Shown piece by piece: positions 8,588 through 15,810 of a stretch of DNA of 24,000 bases. This DNA is from Halofilum ochraceum (GTDB taxonomy: Bacteria; Pseudomonadota; Gammaproteobacteria; XJ16; Halofilaceae), in the NCBI RefSeq assembly GCF_001614315.2, contig NZ_LVEG02000004.1, forward strand, positions 506,668 to 530,667, read 5' to 3'. Both the position numbers and the translations under genes were made by a program. How positions within the stretch are numbered: the stretch's first letter is position 1; every line of letters begins with the position of its first letter. The notes beneath the pieces were generated by a model, which was not told the DNA's origin, ran no database searches, and was given only the letters and a program-made list of their open reading frames with translations.

Positions 8588-10114
8588 ATGCGCGTACCGA
8601 CACTGATCCTGGTCGCACTTGGACTCATCGCGTCGGGTCTGGGTCACAGCGTCTATCGCCATATCGAGCAGGGCGTTCCGCTGCTGCCAGGGGCGAGCGA
8701 GACCTTCTGGGATGTCGAGGCGCGCGTGCGCCTGGAGGCGGAGGAAGGACCGGTCCGCGTACGCCTGGCGGTGCCGGACGATCCGCCGGGTTTTGCCCTG
8801 CGCAGTGAGCACACCGCATCGCCGGGGTACGGGCTGCAGTTCCTCGATGATGGGCAACGGCGTGCCGAATGGACAACGCGGGAGACCGAGGGGCTGCAGG
8901 TCCTCTATTACCGCGCCCAGTTCCGGGCGGTCGAGGGTGAATCCGGCGGGCCGCCGGCACGGAAAGATCCGGAGAAACCCGCCTCCACCGGGACCGTGTC
9001 TTCGTGGCGACCGGCCTTGCAGATTGCCGCCAATGAACTCCTCGCGTCCGCCTACGCCGCCTCGGTCGACGCCTTCAGTCTGGCGGCGGCACTGAGTCGA
9101 CGCCTGCAGGATAACGGCAATCAGAACGCCCGCCTCTTGCTGAGCGAAGCGGATCCGCCGGATGCGCTCGTGCGCCTGTTGGCGCAGGCGGATGTTCCGG
9201 CTCGTGTGGTCCAGGCGCTCGAACTCGAGGATGGTCGGCGTCGGCAGGATCTGCGCTCCATCGTGCGCGTGTTTGGTGACGGCGGCTCGCGGTTGTTTGA
9301 CCCGGTCGCGGGCGGTCGGGCGGATACCAGTCGGCTGCTGCTGTGGGAAGGCAGTGGTGGCCCGGTCCTCGAGGTCGAGGGCGGGCAGGACTCGGACGTC
9401 AGCTTCTCGATTCTCGAGACCCGTCGCCCCGCGGCCGTGGTCGCTCGCGACGAGGGCATCAGCGAAGGTCTGTTCAACCTCTCGATCTACAGCCTGCCCA
9501 TCTCCGAGCAGACCATCTTCAAAAGCATCCTGCTGCTGCCGTTGGGTGCACTGGTCGTCGTGTTCTTCCGGGTGTTCGTCGGTCTGCAGACCTCGGGGAC
9601 CTTTATGCCGGTACTCATCGCGCTGGCGTTCATCAAGATGTCCCTGCTGACCGGTCTCGTGACGTTCCTGCTGGTGATCGGCGGTGGCCTGGTGCTCCGC
9701 CAGGCGCTGGCCCATCTCAATCTGCTGCTCGTCGCGCGCGTGTCCGTGGTCATCGTCTGTGTCATCGGGCTGGTCGCGCTGCTGTCCGTGCTCAGCTTCC
9801 ATCTCGGGTTCGCTGATGCCCTGCAGATGCCCTTTTTCCCGATGATCATCATCGCGTGGACGATCGAGCGGTTGTCGATCCTCTGGGAAGAAGAGGGTGC
9901 GCACGAGGTGTTTATCCAGGGCGGCGGCAGTCTGATTACGGCGATCGCCGCGTATCTGGTGATGCAGCAGCCCTGGGTGCAGTATTGGATGTTCAACTTC
10001 CTTGGCCTGCAGCTCGTGGTGCTCGCCCTGATCATCCTCGTCGGCAGCTATACCGGCTATCGCCTGAGCGAGATGTGGCGGTTCCGCACTTTCTGGAAAC
10101 GCGCTGATGCCTGA
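8588..10114 (+). CDS. Inactive transglutaminase-like domain fused to 7 TM helices (7TM-transglut family membrane protein)
   Basis: 508 aa: an N-terminal TM, a ~290-aa extracytoplasmic domain, then ~7 hydrophobic helices (from LLLPLGALVVVFF to LQLVVLALIILVG) with the GTFMPVLIALAF-type motif I associate with this family. The only Cys in the whole protein is inside a TM helix, so a Cys-His-Asp transglutaminase triad is impossible. Starts 10 nt after the upstream stop and overlaps the downstream gene by 8 nt. Confidence 0.7.
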   Translation: MRVPTLILVALGLIASGLGHSVYRHIEQGVPLLPGASETFWDVEARVRLEAEEGPVRVRLAVPDDPPGFALRSEHTASPGYGLQFLDDGQRRAEWTTRETEGLQVLYYRAQFRAVEGESGGPPARKDPEKPASTGTVSSWRPALQIAANELLASAYAASVDAFSLAAALSRRLQDNGNQNARLLLSEADPPDALVRLLAQADVPARVVQALELEDGRRRQDLRSIVRVFGDGGSRLFDPVAGGRADTSRLLLWEGSGGPVLEVEGGQDSDVSFSILETRRPAAVVARDEGISEGLFNLSIYSLPISEQTIFKSILLLPLGALVVVFFRVFVGLQTSGTFMPVLIALAFIKMSLLTGLVTFLLVIGGGLVLRQALAHLNLLLVARVSVVIVCVIGLVALLSVLSFHLGFADALQMPFFPMIIIAWTIERLSILWEEEGAHEVFIQGGGSLITAIAAYLVMQQPWVQYWMFNFLGLQLVVLALIILVGSYTGYRLSEMWRFRTFWKRADA

Positions 10115-11087
10115 ATGGTCGCGGCGGCTGCGCGAGCAGGGCGTGGTGGGCCTGAACGAGCGCAATCTCGAGTACATCAACCGCGCCAATGGCCGTCGGC
10201 ACTTCCCGCTTGTCGACGACAAGCTGCGGACGAAACGCCTCGCGCAACGTTACGGCGTCGCCGTGCCGGAACTGCTGGGTGTCATCCGTGGCAATCACGA
10301 GGTCCGCCGCCTCGAACAGATCATCCCCGGCGATCGCGGTTTTGCGATCAAACCGGCCCGGGGCAGCGGCGGCAAGGGCATCCTCGTGATCGCGTCCCAC
10401 GGTGATGGCTGGTTCCGGAAAGGGTCAGGGGAATGGCTGCCGCGCCGCCGCGTCGTGCGGTACCTGTCCAACCTGCTCGCCGGTCTGTATACGCTCGGGG
10501 GGACGCCCGATGTGGCCATGGTGGAGGCCCTGGTCGAGATCGAACCGGAATTCGCGGCGTTCAGTCATGCCGGGGTCCCGGACATCCGTATCGTCGTGTA
10601 CCAGGGCTATCCGGTGATGGCCATGATGCGCCTGTCCACGGCGGCTTCCGATGGCAAGGCCAACCTGCATCAGAATGCCATCGGTGTGGGTCTGGATATT
10701 GCCCGTGGCGAGCCGGTGCATGCCGTGCAGAAGAACCGACGCGTAAGCCATCATCCGGACACGGGGCAGCGGCTCGATGAACTGCGGATCAGCGACTGGG
10801 AGGCCATGCTCATACAGGCGGCAAACTGTTTCGAGATGACCGGACTCGGCTTCCTCGGCGCGGATATGGTGCTCGACCGCCGGCACGGGCCCTTACTGCT
10901 CGAGTTGAATGCGCGCCCCGGGCTATCCATCCAGCTGGCGAACGGTATCGGGCTCGCTCCGCGGCTGCAGTGTATTCGTGATCGTGAGGCCGAGCGCGTA
11001 GAGGCGGACCGCCCTGTCTACACAGCGCAGGAACGCGTCGCCTTCGCGCGCGCCCGGTTCACGGGCACGAACGACGTCCTTCCCTGA
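10107..11087 (+). CDS. RimK-related ATP-grasp enzyme (alpha-L-glutamate ligase-like protein, TIGR02291-type)
   Basis: 326 aa. N-terminal GLNERNLEYINRAN..FPLVDDKL.TK signature, ATP-grasp nucleotide loop FAIKPARGSGGKGILVI, and later GADMVLD...LLLELNARPGL. Overlaps the 7TM gene by 8 nt (ATG 10107, upstream stop 10112..10114). Confidence 0.8.
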   Translation: MPEWSRRLREQGVVGLNERNLEYINRANGRRHFPLVDDKLRTKRLAQRYGVAVPELLGVIRGNHEVRRLEQIIPGDRGFAIKPARGSGGKGILVIASHGDGWFRKGSGEWLPRRRVVRYLSNLLAGLYTLGGTPDVAMVEALVEIEPEFAAFSHAGVPDIRIVVYQGYPVMAMMRLSTAASDGKANLHQNAIGVGLDIARGEPVHAVQKNRRVSHHPDTGQRLDELRISDWEAMLIQAANCFEMTGLGFLGADMVLDRRHGPLLLELNARPGLSIQLANGIGLAPRLQCIRDREAERVEADRPVYTAQERVAFARARFTGTNDVLP

Positions 11088-11128
11088 CGGTTTCAGGTCT
11101 GTCTTTGGGCCACCGGGACCGTTCAGGA

Positions 11129-12205
11129 TCACATGCTGAACGGCATGGCCATCCGCAGTGAAACGTCCGGTGCATCGTCCGTCAGACCGAAACCGACGTT
11201 CGTGGTCAGTGAGCGGTCGGGTCCGAGGTTGAGCGTAGCGCCGAGATTCAGGACGGACGAGACGGAATCACTCCCCGTAATCTCCTGGCTGGCCTGCCCC
11301 TCCAGTTTCTGCTCCGTCGGCGACGTGAATTTCTGGTCGAGAGAAAATGACAGGCTCAGGTCGCGATTCAGCGCGAATGCCGTTCCCAGCCCGAAGCGGA
11401 AGCTGTCACCGAGGTCGATTTCACCTGGCTGATCACCACTCTGTGCCGAGATATCGTCGAACTCTTCCTTCAGGCGCACGTCGGCGCCGAAACTGGCGAA
11501 CACGATGGCCGGGTCATAGGTCTTGAGTATCGAGGCGCCAAGCGAAACGGTCCAGACGCCGTTCCCCGTCGGCAATTCCTCGGGGAAAGTCAACAACCCA
11601 TCGCCGCGGCTCGCGGTCGGGATTCCGAACGGATCGGTCCCGGTCGGTGCGGTCACGCCCAGGTTGAGGACGACATCCGGTTGGTTCTGTGTTTCGTCAA
11701 GCCAGCGATAGAACAGGCGCATACGCGTGTCCCCGATATCGTCATCGCTGACCGTTTCTTCCAGCGTAAGATCACCTTCCTGATTTGTCGATTCGTAGTT
11801 GGCCTGACGGAAGACGTATGGCACCGCGAGCTGGAACTGGAATCGATCGGTCAGGTCGTAGCGCATCGCCACTTCCGGCTGGATGGTATCGCGCGCGATT
11901 CGATCAACGCTGATATTGCCGAGGAAAATCGCGTCCAGTGCCAGAAAACCGGAAAGCGTCAGTTGATTGCGGTCGGAGTGTGTCCAGGTGATGCTCGGCT
12001 CGATCGTGAGGTCCTCGCCGAACAGCGCGTGCTGCTCACGGTATACGTCGCGGACCGAGGATTCGGGTTCCGCCTCTTCCTCGGTCGGTGCGGCGCTACC
12101 GGAGGCGGAAGGTTCCCCCCCGGAATCGGATTCCTGGGCGGATGCACCGGCAAATGGCAGTGTGAGCGTGAGCGTCAGGATGGATGCTGCGACGGTGCGT
12201 TCCAT
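11129..12205 (-). CDS. fapF: Outer-membrane beta-barrel protein in the FapF position (amyloid secretion pore candidate)
   Basis: 358 aa. Signal peptide ...PFAGASA|QE, an acidic disordered N-terminus, then alternating beta-strand-like segments through to a C-terminal ...MAMPFSM. GGGAGA SD lies 6 nt before the ATG. It is the last gene of the fap-like operon. The symbol is assigned mainly by synteny. Confidence 0.6.
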   Translation of the reverse strand: MERTVAASILTLTLTLPFAGASAQESDSGGEPSASGSAAPTEEEAEPESSVRDVYREQHALFGEDLTIEPSITWTHSDRNQLTLSGFLALDAIFLGNISVDRIARDTIQPEVAMRYDLTDRFQFQLAVPYVFRQANYESTNQEGDLTLEETVSDDDIGDTRMRLFYRWLDETQNQPDVVLNLGVTAPTGTDPFGIPTASRGDGLLTFPEELPTGNGVWTVSLGASILKTYDPAIVFASFGADVRLKEEFDDISAQSGDQPGEIDLGDSFRFGLGTAFALNRDLSLSFSLDQKFTSPTEQKLEGQASQEITGSDSVSSVLNLGATLNLGPDRSLTTNVGFGLTDDAPDVSLRMAMPFSM

Positions 12206-12248
12206 GGATCGTCTCCCGTCCGGTTTGCATGTGTCCGCACGACGTAAA

Positions 12249-12299
12249 GGCGCGCCCGCGCGCGGGCGCGCCCCGTGATATCTCCGGGGGAAACCCCGG
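12249..12299 (-). promoter_or_regulatory. Two consecutive GC-rich hairpins between fapE and fapF (intra-operon attenuator/stabiliser candidate)
   Basis: Read on the minus strand, CCGGGG-tttc-CCCCGG (12284..12299) follows the fapE stop directly. Next comes a perfect 24-nt palindrome GGCGCGCCCGCG/CGCGGGCGCGCC (12249..12272) followed by TTTACG. Confidence 0.5.
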
Positions 12300-13127
12300 T
12301 CAGCGCAGCGTCTCGATCGAGTCGAGCGCCTGGCGTATCGACGCGGTATTGCCTGACAATTCCTCCTGCAGTTCCACGCGGAGCCGGGCGATACTGCTGG
12401 CCCGGTTGAGTTCGCCGCTGAGCTGGATCAGCTGTTTGACGCCCTGGCCGGAAACGACGCGTTGCGAGACGCGGCCGCTGCCGGGGATATCGAGCGCCAG
12501 GTTCATGCCGTGCTCGCCTGCGGATATCTCGACACTCGATCCGTTGGTGCCATGGAGCGCGACATCGGTATTGTTCGCGTCCGAGCCGGAAGCGGGGTGG
12601 TCCATGTGCTCGACGACGTCGATCCGCATGTCGTTGACGCCGCTGTTGGCGTCCCCGGCGACCTGAACGCGTTGCACGATCCCGTTCCCGTTGTTGTTGC
12701 CGTTGCCGGGACTGCGATTACCCGACTCCCCGGGAGTGACCGAGCCACCACCGTTTTTAGCCGGATGGGTGCCGTCGGGTTTCGAGTCTGATGGGTTTTT
12801 GATCGCCATGGTCGGGGTGAACTCCACCTTCGGCTCCGACGAACTCATATCGACGCGGAAGTCGACACCGCCACGTACAATTTCACCTGTTTCCGATTGT
12901 ATTTGACTCGCCATTCGCAGGCCAAAACGGACGACCTTGCCGCCCTGGACGAAGCGCCCGCGCTGGTTGGCGAGTTCATGCTCCGGGACCACCTGTGCCG
13001 CGTCCAGGGTTGGTGTTGCCGGCCGTTCCCCCTCGGGGGCAGCGACGGCCGCCTGGACTGAGCATGCCGCGACGATCAGCAGGGCGCCCCTTGCGGTTCC
13101 CCGATTACTGAGTTTTCGCCATTGCAT
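12300..13127 (-). CDS. fapE: Secreted protein in the FapE position, carrying two FapB-like repeat segments
   Basis: The ORF extends to 13169. The internal ATG 13127 has GGAGA 7 nt upstream and starts a signal peptide (MQWRKLSNRGTARGALLIVAACSVQAAVA|AP). It contains a G/N/S/P-rich central region plus GIVQRVQVAGDANSGVNDMRIDVV (12612..12683) and GVKQLIQLSGELNRASSIARLRV (12375..12443). The symbol is assigned by synteny and repeat similarity. Confidence 0.55.
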   Translation of the reverse strand: MQWRKLSNRGTARGALLIVAACSVQAAVAAPEGERPATPTLDAAQVVPEHELANQRGRFVQGGKVVRFGLRMASQIQSETGEIVRGGVDFRVDMSSSEPKVEFTPTMAIKNPSDSKPDGTHPAKNGGGSVTPGESGNRSPGNGNNNGNGIVQRVQVAGDANSGVNDMRIDVVEHMDHPASGSDANNTDVALHGTNGSSVEISAGEHGMNLALDIPGSGRVSQRVVSGQGVKQLIQLSGELNRASSIARLRVELQEELSGNTASIRQALDSIETLR

Positions 13128-13174
13128 CACCGATTCTCCGAAATTCTGTGACAGCGCCCGTGACTCCACCGTTC

Positions 13175-13969
13175 TCAGAAGATCTCCGTGTGCCGGATGC
13201 CGAAGCCGATCGTCTGGGCCTCGGGCACCGGTGCATAGATATCGTGGAGGCGGCGGGCGGAGAGTGTTCGCCTGGGTTTCAGCAGAGCCGTATCCTCATC
13301 GAATCCCGGCCCGATCACCGCGAAAACGATGCCGTTCCAGGCGTCAACAAAATCCTCCAGCGCCATGGTGCGGTTCCCGAGCGCCGGATCACCCACGAAT
13401 ACACGCTCGCCCTCGACCTGGCGAACGACGACGAAATGCCGGTAGCCCTCGATGTCGACGAGGGCGATGGTCGGGATCTTGATGTCGCCCAGGGTATCGG
13501 CCGCTACGCGATAGCCGCGCCCGCGCATGCCAATGCCCTCGACGAAATTCTTGAGATCGAGCAGTGAAAATCCCTGCTTGCGGACCTTCTCGCGGTCCGC
13601 GACTTGGAACAGTCCTTTGAGGATGCGTTTTTCCGTGGCCCCGTTCCGATCGTATGCGTAACGCAGGATGGTCGCGAGTGCCGCGGCCCCGCAGGAGAAG
13701 TCGGTCTGCTGCTCGACCAGCTGCGCATACTTGCGCTCGCGCATCGATTCCACTTCCTTGTCGGCCAGGTCCCCGACGGGGAGATTGCCCCCCATCGGGA
13801 CCCGGGCTGTATGGCCCGTCAGTGGCCAGGACAGCAGGAGCGCCACAAGCCCGCAGCAGGCGAGGATCGTTCCCCACCGCGCGGGCCTGCCGGCGCGTCC
13901 CGCGAAAACAGGCTCGACCCGGCCGCCCGAAGGCGACCGGGCCGAGGTTGGCAGGGTTGCCGTTTTCAT
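13175..13969 (-). CDS. fapD: Periplasmic C39-family cysteine peptidase (FapD)
   Basis: The ORF extends to 14023, but ATG 13969 (GGAAG upstream) precedes a hydrophobic anchor (WGTILACCGLVALLLSW). C39 motifs: QQTDFSCGAAALATIL (catalytic Cys), GYRHFVVVRQV (His), VFVGDPALG (Asp). It holds the fourth position of the operon, as fapD does. Confidence 0.8.
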   Translation of the reverse strand: MKTATLPTSARSPSGGRVEPVFAGRAGRPARWGTILACCGLVALLLSWPLTGHTARVPMGGNLPVGDLADKEVESMRERKYAQLVEQQTDFSCGAAALATILRYAYDRNGATEKRILKGLFQVADREKVRKQGFSLLDLKNFVEGIGMRGRGYRVAADTLGDIKIPTIALVDIEGYRHFVVVRQVEGERVFVGDPALGNRTMALEDFVDAWNGIVFAVIGPGFDEDTALLKPRRTLSARRLHDIYAPVPEAQTIGFGIRHTEIF

Positions 13970-13985
13970 GACGGCTTCCCGAACC

Positions 13986-14005
13986 CGTGGTATCCGGCTA
14001 CCACG
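13986..14005 (-). other. Small stem-loop immediately 3' of the fapC stop
   Basis: CGTGGTA-tccggc-TACCACG (plus-strand reading): 7-bp stem, 6-nt loop, starting 1 nt after the fapC stop codon (14007..14009). No U-tract. Confidence 0.3.
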
Positions 14006-14006
14006 A

Positions 14007-15149
14007 TCACTCTCCGCCTCCATTCCCTTCGGGCCCGACGGACACGACCGACAGGCTGTTGGACTGGAGGTTGTTGGTGCCGGAGGCCACGTTCACGCCG
14101 ATATTGCCGGTGGCGCCGCGCAGGGCATTGCCATCGATCGACGCGTTGTTGGTGGTGCGACGGTCACGCTCGAGATGGGCATAGCCCATCGACACGCTTG
14201 CCGTACCGGACAGTTCGATGTCACCGGCTTCCTCGAACTCGAAGGCGCCATCCTCGTCCAGCGGTGCGTTGTCCTCGTCGCTGGAGTTCGTCTGGGTCTC
14301 AGAGTCGAAGTCGGAATGGCCGAGTGAAGGAGCCGGCGCATTGGGATGCTGGTTCTCATCCCCGAACTCCGGATTGTGATCCCAGTTGTCGGGGTAGACG
14401 TTGTTGCTCTGATCCACGTCGCCCTCGTAGGAGCCTGAGACCCCGCTTTCGGGACCGCCCATGTCGATCTCGGCGGTGAGCTGCTCGAACTCGAGGTCAT
14501 AGCTGGGGCTGTTCACGGTTTCGTTGCCCCCGACCGACTGCCGGGTGCTCACGCCGGCCTCAGCCATGCTGTCGGCACCGGTGGTGGCCGCGAAATTGTT
14601 CTGCTGGCTGTTGCTGTTGCCGGCCGTCACGTTGACCCCGATGTTGCCGGTTGCATCCTGCAGCGCATTGCCGCCGAGGTTCGCCGAGTTCCGGGCACCG
14701 ATATTGGCGGTGCGGTTACCGCCGGTGGTCTGCTTGGAGAACGCCTCGGCGTCCCCATGGCCGAAGACGAAGTCGGCATCGGCCGCGGCCAGCGCCGCCG
14801 CGTTCGACTGGCTGTTGTTGTCGCCGGCCGCCGCGTTGGCGCCGAGGTTGCCGCTGCCTTCGCGCATGGCGTTGTCGTCCACCGAGGCCGAATTGTTGTT
14901 GGCCTTGTTGAGGACTTCATTACCGCCGTTGTCCTGGCGGTTCTCGATCACCGCCATGCCGAGGGCATCGCCGTCGATGTAGCCGCCGACACTGACCTCA
15001 CCTTCATAATCGATTTCCTTTTCGGTATCGGTCTCCTTGTCCATTTCGACGGAACTGTCGCTTTCGTAGCCCTCAGCCATTGCAGCGGGTGCAGCAATCA
15101 CCGCGGCCACCGCGATTGCAAGTGCGGATTTTTCGAAACGATTAGTCAT
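14007..15149 (-). CDS. fapC: Major functional-amyloid subunit FapC (R1-L1-R2-L2-R3 architecture)
   Basis: 380 aa. Signal peptide ...AAPAAMA|EG. Three imperfect repeats share N-[AS]-x-[LIV]-x-x-N-A-[LM]-x-x-x-[ST]-G-N-[IL]-G-[VA]-N-[VA]-x-[AS]-G-x-x-N-x-Q-x-N. GGGGAGA SD precedes the ATG. The protein is N/Q/G/S/D/E-rich and has no Cys. Confidence 0.85.
   Translation of the reverse strand: MTNRFEKSALAIAVAAVIAAPAAMAEGYESDSSVEMDKETDTEKEIDYEGEVSVGGYIDGDALGMAVIENRQDNGGNEVLNKANNNSASVDDNAMREGSGNLGANAAAGDNNSQSNAAALAAADADFVFGHGDAEAFSKQTTGGNRTANIGARNSANLGGNALQDATGNIGVNVTAGNSNSQQNNFAATTGADSMAEAGVSTRQSVGGNETVNSPSYDLEFEQLTAEIDMGGPESGVSGSYEGDVDQSNNVYPDNWDHNPEFGDENQHPNAPAPSLGHSDFDSETQTNSSDEDNAPLDEDGAFEFEEAGDIELSGTASVSMGYAHLERDRRTTNNASIDGNALRGATGNIGVNVASGTNNLQSNSLSVVSVGPEGNGGGE
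14040..14156 (-). repeat. FapC repeat R3 (protein level)
   Basis: aa 332-370: TTNNASIDGNALRGATGNIGVNVASGTNNLQSNSLSVVS. It is separated from R2 by a 141-aa highly acidic linker (14157..14579). Confidence 0.85.
14580..14696 (-). repeat. FapC repeat R2 (protein level)
   Basis: aa 152-190: ARNSANLGGNALQDATGNIGVNVTAGNSNSQQNNFAATT. Confidence 0.85.
14781..14900 (-). repeat. FapC repeat R1 (protein level)
   Basis: aa 84-123: NNNSASVDDNAMREGSGNLGANAAAGDNNSQSNAAALAAA. Confidence 0.8.
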
Positions 15150-15170
15150 CGCTCTGTCTCCCCTTGGTTG

Positions 15171-15809
15171 TCATGGCTCGATCGCACTGTCTACATGCAG
15201 TTCGAACCGGTTGCTCGTGGCGTTGCCACTACCTGCGGCCTGGTTTACCTGAATGACGCCGCTGGCGCCGGCGAAAGCGCTCGGATCGATCTCCGCCGTT
15301 TCCGCCGACTCCTCGCCGCGTCCATCGGGACCCGGCCGAGTCTGTTGTGCCGTACCGACGGCGGCCAGATCGGCCTCACCGAGTTGCTCGCCGTCGATAC
15401 CGACATTGATCGTGAGGGCATTGCCCTGGGCGTTTGCCTGGCCGGCGCTCTGATTGACGGCGATCCAGCCGCTCGCCCCGCTGAATGCGCCCGCCCCGAT
15501 CCGGGCCCGCGCCGCGCCATTGTCCGTGGCCCCTGACGCCGTCCGTTGGCGGATCACGGCGCGCCCGGGGGTCTGCGCCCCGATCGCGATCGCGCCGGCG
15601 TTGGCCTGTACGTTCGCGTTGCCCGCGGTCTGGTTGACCTGGACCGCGCCGTTGACGTCGCCCAGCGCACGATCCTCGATCACGCTCTGCGCCACGCTGC
15701 CCGGGATCGGCTCCTCGCTGGCGGCGGTGCCGGGGACACCGAGCAGCAGGGCCGCGGCGGCCAGCGACCACAGTGCGCGTTCGAGACCGGTGTACGGATT
15801 GCGTTCCAT
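15171..15809 (-). CDS. fapB: Minor amyloid subunit / nucleator FapB (three repeats, short linkers)
   Basis: The ORF extends to 15905, but ATG 15809 lies 1 nt after the fapA stop (15811..15813) and begins a signal peptide (..LWSLAAAALLLGVPGTAAS|EE). Three repeats: IEDRALGDVNGAVQVNQTAGNANVQANAGAIAIG (15579..15680), RIGAGAFSGASGWIAVNQSAGQANAQGNALTINVG (15399..15503), EIDPSAFAGASGVIQVNQAAGSGNATSNRFELHV (15192..15293). Confidence 0.8.
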   Translation of the reverse strand: MERNPYTGLERALWSLAAAALLLGVPGTAASEEPIPGSVAQSVIEDRALGDVNGAVQVNQTAGNANVQANAGAIAIGAQTPGRAVIRQRTASGATDNGAARARIGAGAFSGASGWIAVNQSAGQANAQGNALTINVGIDGEQLGEADLAAVGTAQQTRPGPDGRGEESAETAEIDPSAFAGASGVIQVNQAAGSGNATSNRFELHVDSAIEP

Positions 15810-15810
15810 G

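Noticed and set aside
8378-10222. 614-aa ORF on the minus strand spanning the retropepsin 3' end and the whole 7TM gene
   Set aside because: It is antisense to a gene with clear TM-helix and family features. The translation is an R/H/Q/D/G/P-rich low-complexity string with no motif, which is a typical shadow ORF in high-GC DNA.
14007-15809. Interpreting the repeat proteins as curli (CsgA/CsgB) subunits
   Set aside because: The repeats lack the curli S-x5-Q-x-G-x-G-N-x-A-x3-Q pattern. The neighbours (a C39 peptidase and a small 358-aa barrel candidate in the FapF position) fit Fap, and there is no CsgG/E/F secretion set.
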